From: Minisyncoccota bacterium
GTDB taxonomy: Bacteria > Patescibacteriota > Minisyncoccia > Phycocordibacterales > UBA9973
DNA length: 64,000 bases
NCBI GenBank assembly: GCA_031291825.1
Contig: JARLIG010000009.1
Location: 65,281 to 129,280 of the forward strand
Direction: 5' to 3'
Below are positions 47,887 through 57,835 of this stretch, piece by piece. How positions within the stretch are numbered: the first letter of the stretch is position 1; each line of letters opens with the position of its first letter. Position numbers and translations under genes: made by a program. The notes beneath the pieces were generated by a model, which did not search any database, was not told the DNA's origin, and saw nothing but the letters and a program-made list of their open reading frames with translations.

Positions 47887-48357
47887 CTACCAAGCAAAGT
47901 GAGCAAAAGCTTTATTGGCTTCGGCCATTTTGTGAGTGTCTTCTTTCTTTTTAATGGCGGCGCCTTCGTTTTTCGAAGCAGCAATCAATTCATCAGCAAG
48001 TTTTAAGTGCATTGGTCGTCCTTTTCCACCACGAGCTGCATCACGAATCCAGCGCATAGCTAAGGCAAGTCGGCGTTCAGCACGAACTTCGACAGGCACT
48101 TGATAGTTTGCACCTCCGATTCTTTTCGAACGAACTTCGGTCATTGGTCCAGCGTTTCTGAGAGCTAAGTCAAAAATTTCCAAAGGATTAGGATTGCCTG
48201 TCTTTTCTTTTATAACATCAAGGGCAGCGTACATAACCTTGCGAGCGGTCTCTTTTTTTCCAGACCACATGACATAGTTAATGAACTTCTCCAATTTTTG
48301 AGAGTTGTAAATAAAATCTGGGGCTACGATATTTCGGTTGTTTACTTTTCTTCGCAT
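47887..48357 (-). CDS. rpsG: 30S protein S7
   Basis: RIGGANYQVP, HKMAEANKAFAH. Confidence 0.98.
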   Translation of the reverse strand: MRRKVNNRNIVAPDFIYNSQKLEKFINYVMWSGKKETARKVMYAALDVIKEKTGNPNPLEIFDLALRNAGPMTEVRSKRIGGANYQVPVEVRAERRLALAMRWIRDAARGGKGRPMHLKLADELIAASKNEGAAIKKKEDTHKMAEANKAFAHFAW

Positions 48358-48365
48358 AATTTTAA

Positions 48366-48393
48366 TAGGCTCTAGGCATTAGGCACTAGGCTT
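48366..48393. repeat. TAGGCNN heptamer tandem (x4); related array at 48824-48880
   Basis: TAGGCTC TAGGCAT TAGGCAC TAGGCTT. Confidence 0.75.
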
Positions 48394-48814
48394 TAGCTTT
48401 TCCCTCTCGGGGCTTTTTGTTACCATATAAAGATCTACCTTGTCGGCGCTTCTCGACTCCTTGAGTATCAAGTACTCCGCGTACGATGTGATATCTTACT
48501 CCAATCAAGTCTTTCACACGTCCTCCGCGTAGCATGACCACTGAGTGTTCTTGCAAGTTGTGTCCTTCCCCTGGGATATAAGCAGTGACTTCCATGCCGT
48601 TCGTCAAACGTACGCGAGCGATTTTTCGGAGAGCAGAGTTTGGCTTTTTAGGAGTGGTTGTAGAAACTTTCACGCAAACACCTCGTTTGAAAGGAGCTGG
48701 AAAAAAGACTGGTCTGTTTTTCAGAACATTAAATCCACGAGCCAAGGCGACAGTTTTCGTCTTGGAATGGACCTTCACTCTATTTTTCTTTATTAATTGG
48801 TTTATTGTTGGCAT
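48386..48814 (-). CDS. rpsL: 30S protein S12
   Basis: [24 protein letters not shown]. Confidence 0.99.
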   Translation of the reverse strand: MPTINQLIKKNRVKVHSKTKTVALARGFNVLKNRPVFFPAPFKRGVCVKVSTTTPKKPNSALRKIARVRLTNGMEVTAYIPGEGHNLQEHSVVMLRGGRVKDLIGVRYHIVRGVLDTQGVEKRRQGRSLYGNKKPREGKAKA

Positions 48815-48896
48815 AATCTAAAACAGGCGTTAGGCTCTAGGCATTAGCTAAAGCCTAAAACCCTAAAGCCTAGCGCCTAGCTTACTATAAAAAATA

Positions 48897-49517
48897 TTAA
48901 ATTGCAAGACCTGTCAAAAGATGGAAGAGAAAGGCTAAGATTGGATATAAATAACCAGAGAAGAAAACAATAAATACAAGTAACAAAAGTAGGGAGTATT
49001 GTTCGTGACGAAATATTTTTAAGGAAATAGAATCAGGGAAAAAAGAAAAAAGTATTTTAGAACCATCGAGAGGTGGGATAGGAACCAAGTTAAAAATCCC
49101 CAAAGCTAAATTCACGATAACAATTGCCGAAGTTATAGTATAAAAACCAGGCTGTAAATTAAGTGGAGCAGTTAGGCGAAGAATAATTCCAAAGATAATC
49201 GCAATGACAAAATTTGCGCAGACTCCAGCCGCCGCGACTGCAATGGTCCCCCATTTCCTATTACTTAAATTATTTGGATTATAAGGAACTGGTTTAGCCC
49301 AGCCAAACAAAAATGGAGCATGAGTCAAAACCAAAACCGCAGGCAAAAGAATTGAACCAAAAATGTCTAGGTGTGAAATTGGATTTAAAGTCAGACGCCC
49401 AGCATCTCGCGCCGTATCATCACCAAAAGATTCCGCCATGAAACCGTGCGAGACTTCGTGAATCACAATCGACATGATAAGTATCGCGATATAAAAAATT
49501 GCATTGGTTGCGTCCAT
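48897..49517 (-). CDS. Site-2 protease (M50)
   Basis: HEVSH, GWAKPVP, FNLVPIPPLDG; start moved to MDATN. Confidence 0.93.
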   Translation of the reverse strand: MDATNAIFYIAILIMSIVIHEVSHGFMAESFGDDTARDAGRLTLNPISHLDIFGSILLPAVLVLTHAPFLFGWAKPVPYNPNNLSNRKWGTIAVAAAGVCANFVIAIIFGIILRLTAPLNLQPGFYTITSAIVIVNLALGIFNLVPIPPLDGSKILFSFFPDSISLKIFRHEQYSLLLLLVFIVFFSGYLYPILAFLFHLLTGLAI

Positions 49518-49546
49518 ACAAATTCTATGATAGCATGAATTCCGCA

Positions 49547-49798
49547 ATGAAAAAAACGTGTGCGATAACTAAAAAGGGCTCAATCGTCGGAGGCGGATAC
49601 TCTAATCGTACTCGTGCAACCAAATTCAACCCAACCGGCAAAATCCGAAAATATCCAAATCTTCAAAAGAAGAGAATTTTTGTGCCTGAATTAAATAAAA
49701 CTGTAAATATTGAAGTTTCTACTCGCGGCATGCGCACCATGAAGAAAAACGGCGTTCACGCTACCCTCCTTAAGGCTGGATTGATAAAAGCAAGATAG
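49547..49798 (+). CDS. rpmB: 50S protein L28
   Basis: CAITKK, PNLQKKR, VSTRGMRT; start moved to MKKTC. Confidence 0.9.
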   Translation: MKKTCAITKKGSIVGGGYSNRTRATKFNPTGKIRKYPNLQKKRIFVPELNKTVNIEVSTRGMRTMKKNGVHATLLKAGLIKAR

Positions 49799-49892
49799 TC
49801 TAAACAAAAAAACATAAAGAAAAATCCCCGCGAAAGGTTCCAGCAAAGCTGGAGTAAGCGGGGATTTTTCTTTATGTTTTTTGTTTTTATTT

Positions 49893-51218
49893 TTACGCTG
49901 GCACGAAGGTCAAGGCTGTACCTTTTTTGCCACTGCGGCCGGTTCGGCCGATGCGGTGTACATATGTATCATATGTCTGAGGCACGTCGTAGTTGATGAC
50001 ATGCGTAACGTCTGGAATATCTAGACCTCTGGCGGCCACATCTGTTGCAATTAAAATATTTATTTTGTCTTGTTTAAATAAATCCAAGGTTCGAATGCGG
50101 TCACGACTTCTCTTGTCGCCATGAATGCAACCAACCTTAAAGCCCATGCGAGCTAAATCTTTTGTAAGCTCATCTACATGGTGTTTTCTTTCTCGGAAAA
50201 TCAAAACTTTGTCAGAGCCTTCTTTTTTTAATATTTCATTTAATTTTTCTAGTTTCTCTTCTGTTCCTCTTGCACGCACTACGTCCTGATCAATATTTTT
50301 TGCTGTTTCACCAGAAATAACTGAAATAAAAACAGGATTCACTAAATATTGTTCCGTTAATTTCTTAATATCTGGAGAAAGCGTGGCAGAAAAGAAAAGT
50401 GTCTGTCTTCCCTCTTTGGGAGTCTTGCCGATGATGTAAACCATATCATCTCGAAAACCCATATCGAGCATGCGATCTGCTTCATCTAGCACTACAGAGT
50501 GACACGTAGATAAATCTAAAACTTTTTTATCAATCAAGTCTTTGATACGTCCGGGTGTGCCGATGACAAATGAAACTCCCATTTTGATTTCACGAATTTG
50601 TTTCATGATTGGAAGTCCACCTACGCAAGCAACAGAAAACATTCCAAATCCGAAAGCAAGATTTTTAAAATCTGATTCGATTTGCAAAGCAAGCTCCCGA
50701 GTCGGCGCCATTATCAAAACGGTTTCTTTTTTGTTTAGTCCTTTGGTCTTGGCAATTTTTTCAATCAAGGGTAGAAGGAAGGCTGCTGTCTTGCCTGTGC
50801 CAGTATTTGCCATACCAAAGACATCCATGCCTTTCATGATAGAAGGAATGGCTTGGTCTTGAATTGGTCTTGGACTAGTAAATCCAGCTCGTTCAATATT
50901 TTTGTGGAGCTGTGGATTAAAAGGAAAGTCAGCAAAAGTGTGTTTAGAAACATATGGTTTTTCTTCCACCATTTGTCCTTTTTTAATGAAGCGAGAAAAA
51001 TCAATTCGGTCACCGAATCTTTTTTTACCTCCTCCACCACTTCTTTTAAAAGTAGGTCGAGAATTATAATTTCCTCGGCTATTGCTGCGGATGCTTCGAA
51101 CAGGGCCACTACTTGGTCGACTGCTCGTATTAAAACTCTTTCTAAATGGACCACCAGAAGTGGAACCTAAAGGCGATCTAGCCGAAGCTGGACGCGCAAA
51201 ACTGCGTTTATTCATCAT
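49893..51218 (-). CDS. DEAD-box RNA helicase
   Basis: TGTGKT, PTRELA, DEAD, SAT, HRIGRTGR; basic N-terminal extension. Confidence 0.96.
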   Translation of the reverse strand: MMNKRSFARPASARSPLGSTSGGPFRKSFNTSSRPSSGPVRSIRSNSRGNYNSRPTFKRSGGGGKKRFGDRIDFSRFIKKGQMVEEKPYVSKHTFADFPFNPQLHKNIERAGFTSPRPIQDQAIPSIMKGMDVFGMANTGTGKTAAFLLPLIEKIAKTKGLNKKETVLIMAPTRELALQIESDFKNLAFGFGMFSVACVGGLPIMKQIREIKMGVSFVIGTPGRIKDLIDKKVLDLSTCHSVVLDEADRMLDMGFRDDMVYIIGKTPKEGRQTLFFSATLSPDIKKLTEQYLVNPVFISVISGETAKNIDQDVVRARGTEEKLEKLNEILKKEGSDKVLIFRERKHHVDELTKDLARMGFKVGCIHGDKRSRDRIRTLDLFKQDKINILIATDVAARGLDIPDVTHVINYDVPQTYDTYVHRIGRTGRSGKKGTALTFVPA

Positions 51219-51381
51219 ACTTTTCTTTGTGTCATGGACATCAATCACAGGACACAAAAAGTCTAGATGATTTCCATAAGCGTCAGTCTCGTTAAATAAT
51301 TAGGTGAGAATGATTATTTAAAGAGTAGCACTATAGTTATGGTTTGTCAATGTTTGAAACTGTGCTAGTATAAAGAAATAA

Positions 51382-52080
51382 ATGAAAATAAAGATTTTAT
51401 ACGAAGATTCTAACATCCTAGCCATCGATAAACCTTCTGGCATCGCAGTACATGGCGACCTACGCAGCAAAGAAAAGACTATCGTTGATTGGGTTTTAAA
51501 AAATTACCCAAAAATGAAAGGAGTCGGCGAGCCAATGGGAGAAATTTCGCGGCCAGGTATCGTACACCGCTTAGACAAAGATACTTCTGGGGTTTTACTC
51601 TTGGCAAAAAATCAAAAAACTCATGCACTTTTAAAAAGTCAGTTTCAAAATCACGAAATAAAAAAAACTTATATCGCAATTGTTTCTGGCTGGGTGAAAG
51701 ACGAGCACGGAGTTATCAATAAACCAATCGGCCGAAGTCCGACTGATTTTAGACGTTGGCTTTGCGGACGCGGTGCCCGTGGAACATTACGTGAAGCAAT
51801 AACTGAATATAAAGTTTTAAAAAGATTTGAGGCTCCAGAGAAGTTTTCGCTTCTAGAAATAAAACCAAAAACTGGCCGAACACATCAGATTCGTGTACAT
51901 ATGAAATTTTTAAATCACCCAGTAGTTTGCGATTCGCTTTATAATCCTGACCAACCGCATCCTAAAGAAATTTCTCGCATGGCACTCCACGCCAAATCTA
52001 TAGAATTTAAAGACCTAAAAGGTAAAACAATAAAAGTTGAATCCCCTATTCCTTCCGAGTTCAAAAAAATGATAAAATAA
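51382..52080 (+). CDS. RluA/RluD-family pseudouridine synthase (no S4 domain)
   Basis: HRLDKDTSG, TGRTHQIRVH, LHA. Confidence 0.95.
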   Translation: MKIKILYEDSNILAIDKPSGIAVHGDLRSKEKTIVDWVLKNYPKMKGVGEPMGEISRPGIVHRLDKDTSGVLLLAKNQKTHALLKSQFQNHEIKKTYIAIVSGWVKDEHGVINKPIGRSPTDFRRWLCGRGARGTLREAITEYKVLKRFEAPEKFSLLEIKPKTGRTHQIRVHMKFLNHPVVCDSLYNPDQPHPKEISRMALHAKSIEFKDLKGKTIKVESPIPSEFKKMIK

Positions 52081-52083
52081 AGT

Positions 52084-53844
52084 ATGCAAAGCGAAACTAA
52101 AAATTGTCAGAATTGCAAAAAAAATTTCGTGATCGATACGGAGGATTTTAATTTCTACAAAAAGATGCAGGTTCCTCCACCAACTTTCTGCCCCTTGTGC
52201 AGAGCGCAGAGAAGACTCGCCTGGAGAAACGAGAGAAAATTATTTAAAGTAAAAAATTTCTTAACTGGCCAAGATATTTTTTCTTCTTATCCAACAGAAA
52301 GCGGTAGAAAAATCATGACCCGAGAAGAATGGTTCAGTGATGACTATAATGATATGGAGTATTCTCTAGATATTGATTTTACTAAGCCATTTTTTGAACA
52401 AATTGAAGAATTAAATAAAATTGTGCCAGTGTATAACTTCAACAACATTGGTACGGTTAATAGCCCGTATGTCTTTAATGTTTCTTATGTGAAAAATTGT
52501 TATCTAATCGTCAACTCAAATTTTTCCGAGGACTGTATGTATGGCAACGGCGTAGATTCGTGTAAAGATTCCAATGACAATTCGCACGTAAGTCAATCCG
52601 AGAGATGTTATGAGTGTTTTTGGATCAGACATTGTTATCAGTGTTATTTTACAACAATGTCTTGGGACTCAAACAATCTTTATTTTTGTAGAGATTGCGG
52701 AGATTGTAATAATTGTTTTGGTTGTGCCAACCTACGTGGTTCATCTTATTGTATTTTCAACGAAAAATATTCAAAAGAGGATTATCAAAACGAAATTAAA
52801 AAAATGCGTTTAGATACAGTTGCTGGATTAGAAGAAGCGAGAGTAAAAACTAGAGCATTTTGGAAAAATCAGCCAACTCGACATCAACAAGGCGTAAGGA
52901 ATTTAAATTCAAGCGGTTCTTATGTGACAGATTGCAAAAATGTAAATGATAGCTATCTGATCAGAGAAAGCGAAAACATGCGTTACTGCCAGTACATGCA
53001 AGTACCAGGGAATAAAGATAATTATGATTCCTGCAACTGGGGAGAACATACGGAAATGAATTACGAAACGTTAGAATGCGGGGAAAATTCTTATAATAAT
53101 AAATTCTCCCGCAGCTGTTGGCCCTCTTCTAGAAACAACGAGTACTCTACTCACCTTTTCAGTTGCTCCGATTGTTTTGGATGCGTCGGCTTAAAAAAAA
53201 GACAGTACTGCATTTTAAATAAACAATGTACAAAAGAAGAATACGAAACTCTTGTGCCAAAAATAAAAAAACACATGGATGAAATGCCTTACGTTGATTC
53301 AGAAGGGATAGTTTATAAATACGGAGAATTTTTCCCAACAGAATTTTCACCACTCGGATATAACAACACCGTTGCCATACAACATTTTCCGATGACTAAA
53401 GAAGAAGCGCTGGCCAAGGGATATGAATGGATAGAAGTACCCCGTGGTGAATATAAAATTACCAAGAAAGCCTCGGACTTGCCAGAATCGATTGCTGAAG
53501 TCGATGAAAATATTATAAAAGAGGTCCTTGAATGTGAAAATTGTAAAAATCCATATAAAATCCTAGAGAATGAATTTCTGTTTTATAAAAAAGAAAAACT
53601 TCCCCTGCCCCGCATCTGCAGTGAGTGCCGACACGAAAGAAGAATTAGCGATCGATTAAAGATCCAATTACATGAAAGGTCTTGCATGTGTAAGGGTGAC
53701 ACCGACCAGAGTGGTTTATATAAAAATACCGCGGTTCACAATCATAAAGATTCTCCTTGCGGCGAACAATTTAAAACTGGTTACTCCCCTGATCGCCCAG
53801 AAATAGTTTACTGCGAGCATTGTTACCAGCAGGAAGTGTACTGA
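52084..53844 (+). CDS. Cys-rich repeat protein with zinc-ribbon modules, CPR-typical
   Basis: CQNC, CPLC, repeated CxxCFGCxxL..YCIxN, terminal YCEHCYQQEV. Confidence 0.8.
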   Translation: MQSETKNCQNCKKNFVIDTEDFNFYKKMQVPPPTFCPLCRAQRRLAWRNERKLFKVKNFLTGQDIFSSYPTESGRKIMTREEWFSDDYNDMEYSLDIDFTKPFFEQIEELNKIVPVYNFNNIGTVNSPYVFNVSYVKNCYLIVNSNFSEDCMYGNGVDSCKDSNDNSHVSQSERCYECFWIRHCYQCYFTTMSWDSNNLYFCRDCGDCNNCFGCANLRGSSYCIFNEKYSKEDYQNEIKKMRLDTVAGLEEARVKTRAFWKNQPTRHQQGVRNLNSSGSYVTDCKNVNDSYLIRESENMRYCQYMQVPGNKDNYDSCNWGEHTEMNYETLECGENSYNNKFSRSCWPSSRNNEYSTHLFSCSDCFGCVGLKKRQYCILNKQCTKEEYETLVPKIKKHMDEMPYVDSEGIVYKYGEFFPTEFSPLGYNNTVAIQHFPMTKEEALAKGYEWIEVPRGEYKITKKASDLPESIAEVDENIIKEVLECENCKNPYKILENEFLFYKKEKLPLPRICSECRHERRISDRLKIQLHERSCMCKGDTDQSGLYKNTAVHNHKDSPCGEQFKTGYSPDRPEIVYCEHCYQQEVY

Positions 53845-53896
53845 CCCCAGACGTGAGTTTGCCTAAAAAAATATTTTATGTTAGATTAAGTCCACT

Positions 53897-54331
53897 ATGG
53901 CAGGAAATAAAATCAACAAAATAAAGTTCACACCAGTAGACATAGAAGAGCGGAAGTCGCTTGATTTCAAAGCTGGCGACACTATCAACGTCTGGTCTAA
54001 AATTCCCGAAGAAAAAAATGCTAAAAAAGGAGGAGAAGTGAAGTTTCGTTTGCAGGCTTTTGAAGGAATTGTGTTAGCTCGCAAACACGGCAAAGAAGCT
54101 GGTGCTACTTTTACTGTTCGTAAGATTGCTTCTGGTGTGGGTGTTGAAAGAATCTTCCCTCTTTACTCTCCAATGATTGGTAAAATTGAGATTACCAAGA
54201 AAGCTCATGCTCGCCGATCAAAACTATACTATATTCGTACGAAGGCGGTAAAAGATGTTCGCAAAAAAATGCGTTCTGTCACTAGCGTCGAAGACGAAGC
54301 TGAAGCAGTCGCTCCTGCCAGCAATGCTTAA
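53897..54331 (+). CDS. rplS: 50S protein L19
   Basis: [28 protein letters not shown]. Confidence 0.97.
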   Translation: MAGNKINKIKFTPVDIEERKSLDFKAGDTINVWSKIPEEKNAKKGGEVKFRLQAFEGIVLARKHGKEAGATFTVRKIASGVGVERIFPLYSPMIGKIEITKKAHARRSKLYYIRTKAVKDVRKKMRSVTSVEDEAEAVAPASNA

Positions 54332-54407
54332 AGCACAGCTTTTGCAGGCTGGGAAAAAGCTGAATAAAAAAATTCAGTTTGATATACTAACTAAAGCAGT
54401 TTGATTT

Positions 54408-54491
54408 GCTCGGGTGGCGAAACTGGTAGACGTACTACCTTGAGGTGGTAGCGCCCGCAAGGGCATGGGAGTTCAAATCTCCCCCCGAGCA
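54408..54491 (+). tRNA. tRNA-Leu(GAG)
   Basis: GCTCGGG/CCCGAGC acceptor, CTACC-TTGAGGT-GGTAG, long variable arm. Confidence 0.95.
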
Positions 54492-54534
54492 CAAATTTTC
54501 TATTTTTAGAAAATTAAAGTTTTGTTTTCTACAT

Positions 54535-54606
54535 GGTGGCTATGGTGTAGCGGTAGCACAGAGGCTTGTGGAGCCTTTAGCTCGGGTTCGATCCCCGATA
54601 GCCACC
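54535..54606 (+). tRNA. tRNA-His(GTG)
   Basis: G-1, GTGGCTA/TAGCCAC, C73, GAGGC-TTGTGGA-GCCTT. Confidence 0.95.
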
Positions 54607-54616
54607 CAATACAATT

Positions 54617-54922
54617 TTATTTCTGTGATCCAAAAACATCCTCCCAAAGATCTTTTTCTTTCTCAGCAGGTTCAAGGTACATTTCCCGACCCGCTTTATA
54701 TTCTCCCATTATTTCTTTTCCTTGTAGTTCCTTGATTGCCTTCGCCACTTCTTCTTTGCTACCCATTTTTACAAAAGCATAACCCATAAATCGCCCAGAC
54801 CCAGAATCAATTGCAAGCTTCACCTCCTTTACATTTCCCGCTGCAGCAAATGTTTCTTTGAGCAACTTCTCAGTCGCATCAAAAGGCATATCCCCTGCAT
54901 AAATCCACATATTTATATCCAT
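54617..54922 (-). CDS. RRM RNA-binding protein
   Basis: RNP2 IYAGDM, RNP1 MGYAFVKM. Confidence 0.85.
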   Translation of the reverse strand: MDINMWIYAGDMPFDATEKLLKETFAAAGNVKEVKLAIDSGSGRFMGYAFVKMGSKEEVAKAIKELQGKEIMGEYKAGREMYLEPAEKEKDLWEDVFGSQK

Positions 54923-54943
54923 TAGTATAGTATAATTGTTTTT

Positions 54944-55498
54944 ATGAAATGGAGCAATATGGAGTTAATAGAAATACTTAAAAAGGGCGGTGTTGCCGTC
55001 ATGCCAACCGACACCATTTACGGTATTGTGGGGCTTGCGCAAAATGTCGCCACCGTGCACCGTATTTATAATCTTAAAAAAAGGAATCCAGAAAAACCTT
55101 GCATAATATTACTTGGCGACATAAAACAGTTGGAAGAATTTTCTATTACTTTATCCGAAAGGCAAAAAACCGTGCTCGAAGAATATTGGCCGGGTCCAGT
55201 GAGTGTTATCTTTGATTGTGTAGACGAAGCGTTGAGTTACCTACATCGTGGCACAAATACTTTAGCCTTTCGCCTTCCCTCTTCGGAATCTTTAAAAGAT
55301 TTACTTAACAAAGTCGGACCACTCATTGCGCCCTCTGCCAACCCAGAAGGATTGCCACCAGCGCAAAACACAACAGAAGCAAAAAAATATTTCGGTGATT
55401 CAGTAGATTTTTATTTAGATGGAGGCACAATTACAGGCAAAGCATCGAAGCTCATTAAATTGCATAAAGATGGAACTGTCTCTATACTTAGAGCGTGA
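54944..55498 (+). CDS. tsaC: Threonylcarbamoyl-AMP synthase (YrdC/Sua5)
   Basis: PTDTIYG, KKR, WPGP, PSAN. Confidence 0.93.
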   Translation: MKWSNMELIEILKKGGVAVMPTDTIYGIVGLAQNVATVHRIYNLKKRNPEKPCIILLGDIKQLEEFSITLSERQKTVLEEYWPGPVSVIFDCVDEALSYLHRGTNTLAFRLPSSESLKDLLNKVGPLIAPSANPEGLPPAQNTTEAKKYFGDSVDFYLDGGTITGKASKLIKLHKDGTVSILRA

Positions 55499-56769
55499 AG
55501 AAGAAACTGAAAAAACTTTTTAAGATACTAGGTCCTGGACTGATTACAGGCGCAGCTGATGATGACCCATCAGGCATTGCCACTTACTCTCAAACAGGCT
55601 CGCAGTTTGGCTACGGACAACTCTGGACAGCACTATTATTATTACCATTCATGACAGCAATTCAGGAAGCCTGCGCCAGAATCGGCGCAGTCACTGGTAA
55701 GGGAATCGCCGCAGTTATAAAAGAAAACTATAGCAAGAAAATTCTTTATGGAGCTGTGGTTTTAGTGGTCATCGCCAACACTATTAATATTGGAGCTGAT
55801 TTAGGAGCAATGGCTGCAGCTACTCATTTAGTGATACCAATCAATCTTGCACTTTTAACACTTTTTTTTACCGCCTTAATTTTATTACTAGAAATATTTG
55901 TCTCTTATAAGGAGTATGCAAAAATTTTGAAATGGTTGGCACTTTCATTGTTGGCATACCCGCTTACTTTGTTTTTAGTGAAGGAACCTTGGCTCACAAT
56001 ACTAAAGGCCAGTTTAATTCCCCACATACAATTAAGCTTTGCATTTTTGTTTATCATCACTGGAGTGTTTGGAACAACAATCTCTCCCTATATGTTTTTC
56101 TGGGAAGCTTCAGAAGAAGTGGAAGAAGAACGAGAGAGGCATCTCATAAAGCACGGCGAAACTCATATCACAAAATCTTTTCTGAAGGCTTTAAGAATCG
56201 ATAATTTTGCAGGCATGCTGTCGTCGGAAATTGCCACCTGGTGTATCATCGTCGTAGCAGCGACCGTTTTGAATGCAAACGGAGTAACTAATATTGCTAC
56301 AGCCGCGGATGCTGCTAGGGCCATAGAGCCATTGGTTCATACTTTCCCGTATGCAGGATTTTTGGCCAAACTTATTTTTGCCGTCGGAATTGTCGGGCTT
56401 GGGCTGTTAGCTGTACCGGTACTTTCTGCTTCTGCCTCTTATGCGGTGGCGGAAACACTCAACTGGAAAGAAAGTTTAAATTTAAAATTAAAAAAAGCTC
56501 ATGGTTTTTATGGAGTTATCACGATTGCCACGATTGTTGGCTTAATGATTAATTTTATAGGCATTGACCCTATAAAAGCGTTAGTTTACACTGCGGTGTT
56601 TAATGGGGTAGCTGCTGTTCCTCTTATATTCATTATTAGCAAAATTGCTAGAAATGAAAAAATTATGGGCGAACACAAGAGCGGCAACCTTTCCAATGTG
56701 TTGGTATGGGGAACATTTATTATTATGGGAACAGCTGCAATTGCTATGTTTTTTACTCTTATACACTAA
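55495..56769 (+). CDS. NRAMP-family divalent metal transporter
   Basis: GPGLITGAADDDPSG, GTTISPY; about 11 TM. Confidence 0.9.
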   Translation: MKKKLKKLFKILGPGLITGAADDDPSGIATYSQTGSQFGYGQLWTALLLLPFMTAIQEACARIGAVTGKGIAAVIKENYSKKILYGAVVLVVIANTINIGADLGAMAAATHLVIPINLALLTLFFTALILLLEIFVSYKEYAKILKWLALSLLAYPLTLFLVKEPWLTILKASLIPHIQLSFAFLFIITGVFGTTISPYMFFWEASEEVEEERERHLIKHGETHITKSFLKALRIDNFAGMLSSEIATWCIIVVAATVLNANGVTNIATAADAARAIEPLVHTFPYAGFLAKLIFAVGIVGLGLLAVPVLSASASYAVAETLNWKESLNLKLKKAHGFYGVITIATIVGLMINFIGIDPIKALVYTAVFNGVAAVPLIFIISKIARNEKIMGEHKSGNLSNVLVWGTFIIMGTAAIAMFFTLIH

Positions 56770-56771
56770 AA

Positions 56772-57785
56772 ATGGAAATCAAGAAAAATTACAATTTGTC
56801 TAAACTAAATACTTTTGGCATAGACGTAAATACTGACTTTTTTGCGGAAATAAAATCCGAAAATGACATTGAGGAGCTTTTTAGTTCACCAGAATTTAAG
56901 CACTATGAAAAAATCTTTCTGGGTGGTGGAAGTAATATTTTGTTTACGAAAGATTTTCACGGCATTGTCATCTTAAATAAACTAAAAGGTATAGAAATCA
57001 CTGAAGAGAGCAACGAGAGTGTTTCTGTACGAGCGATGGGCGGAGAGATCTGGAATGACCTTGTGCTATTTGCCGTAAATCATGGCTATTGGGGTATCGA
57101 AAATTTGTCTCTAGTTCCTGGCACCGTCGGCGCGGCACCAATGCAAAACATTGGGGCTTACGGTTCAGAAATAAAAGAAACACTTTTAAATGTAGAAACT
57201 TTTGAAGTAGCAACTGGAAAGAAGAAAATTTTTAACAATGAAGAGTGTGAACTTGGGTATCGCGATAGTATTTTTAAAAATAAAGTAAAAGGTAAATATT
57301 TTATTTCCGCAATAACTTTAAAATTGAGTAAGAAAGAAAATAAAAATGTAACTTATCGCGCGCTAAAGGAATATTTGGAAAATAATAAAATTGAAATACA
57401 TAATTCAAAAGATATTAGTGAAGCAGTAGCCTCTATTCGCAATAGTAAACTCCCCGACCCAAAAATCTTAGGCAATGCTGGAAGTTTTTTCAAAAATGTT
57501 TTTATAAAAAAAGATGAACTGCAAAAATTATTACTGGAATATCCAGATATTCCATCCTTCGAGGAGAAAGGTTTAATGAAAATTCCAGCTGGCTGGCTCA
57601 TCGAGCAGTGTGGATGGAAAGGACGTAAGCTTGGAAATGTCGGTGTCCACGAAAAGCAGGCTTTAGTTTTAGTAAATTACGGAAATGCAACTGGTTCTGA
57701 AGTTTTCAATCTAGCAAATCAAATAATTAAATCAGTTAGGAATAAATTTGGACTTGAACTTATACCAGAAGTAAATTTGATTTAG
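56772..57785 (+). CDS. murB: UDP-N-acetylenolpyruvoylglucosamine reductase
   Basis: LGGGSN, PGTVGAAP, YRDS, GSFFKN, PEV; start moved to MEIKK. Confidence 0.96.
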   Translation: MEIKKNYNLSKLNTFGIDVNTDFFAEIKSENDIEELFSSPEFKHYEKIFLGGGSNILFTKDFHGIVILNKLKGIEITEESNESVSVRAMGGEIWNDLVLFAVNHGYWGIENLSLVPGTVGAAPMQNIGAYGSEIKETLLNVETFEVATGKKKIFNNEECELGYRDSIFKNKVKGKYFISAITLKLSKKENKNVTYRALKEYLENNKIEIHNSKDISEAVASIRNSKLPDPKILGNAGSFFKNVFIKKDELQKLLLEYPDIPSFEEKGLMKIPAGWLIEQCGWKGRKLGNVGVHEKQALVLVNYGNATGSEVFNLANQIIKSVRNKFGLELIPEVNLI

Positions 57786-57835
57786 TGCTTTTTTAGCAGT
57801 ATACTTTCCTTATTAATATTAAGTTATAAATAACT

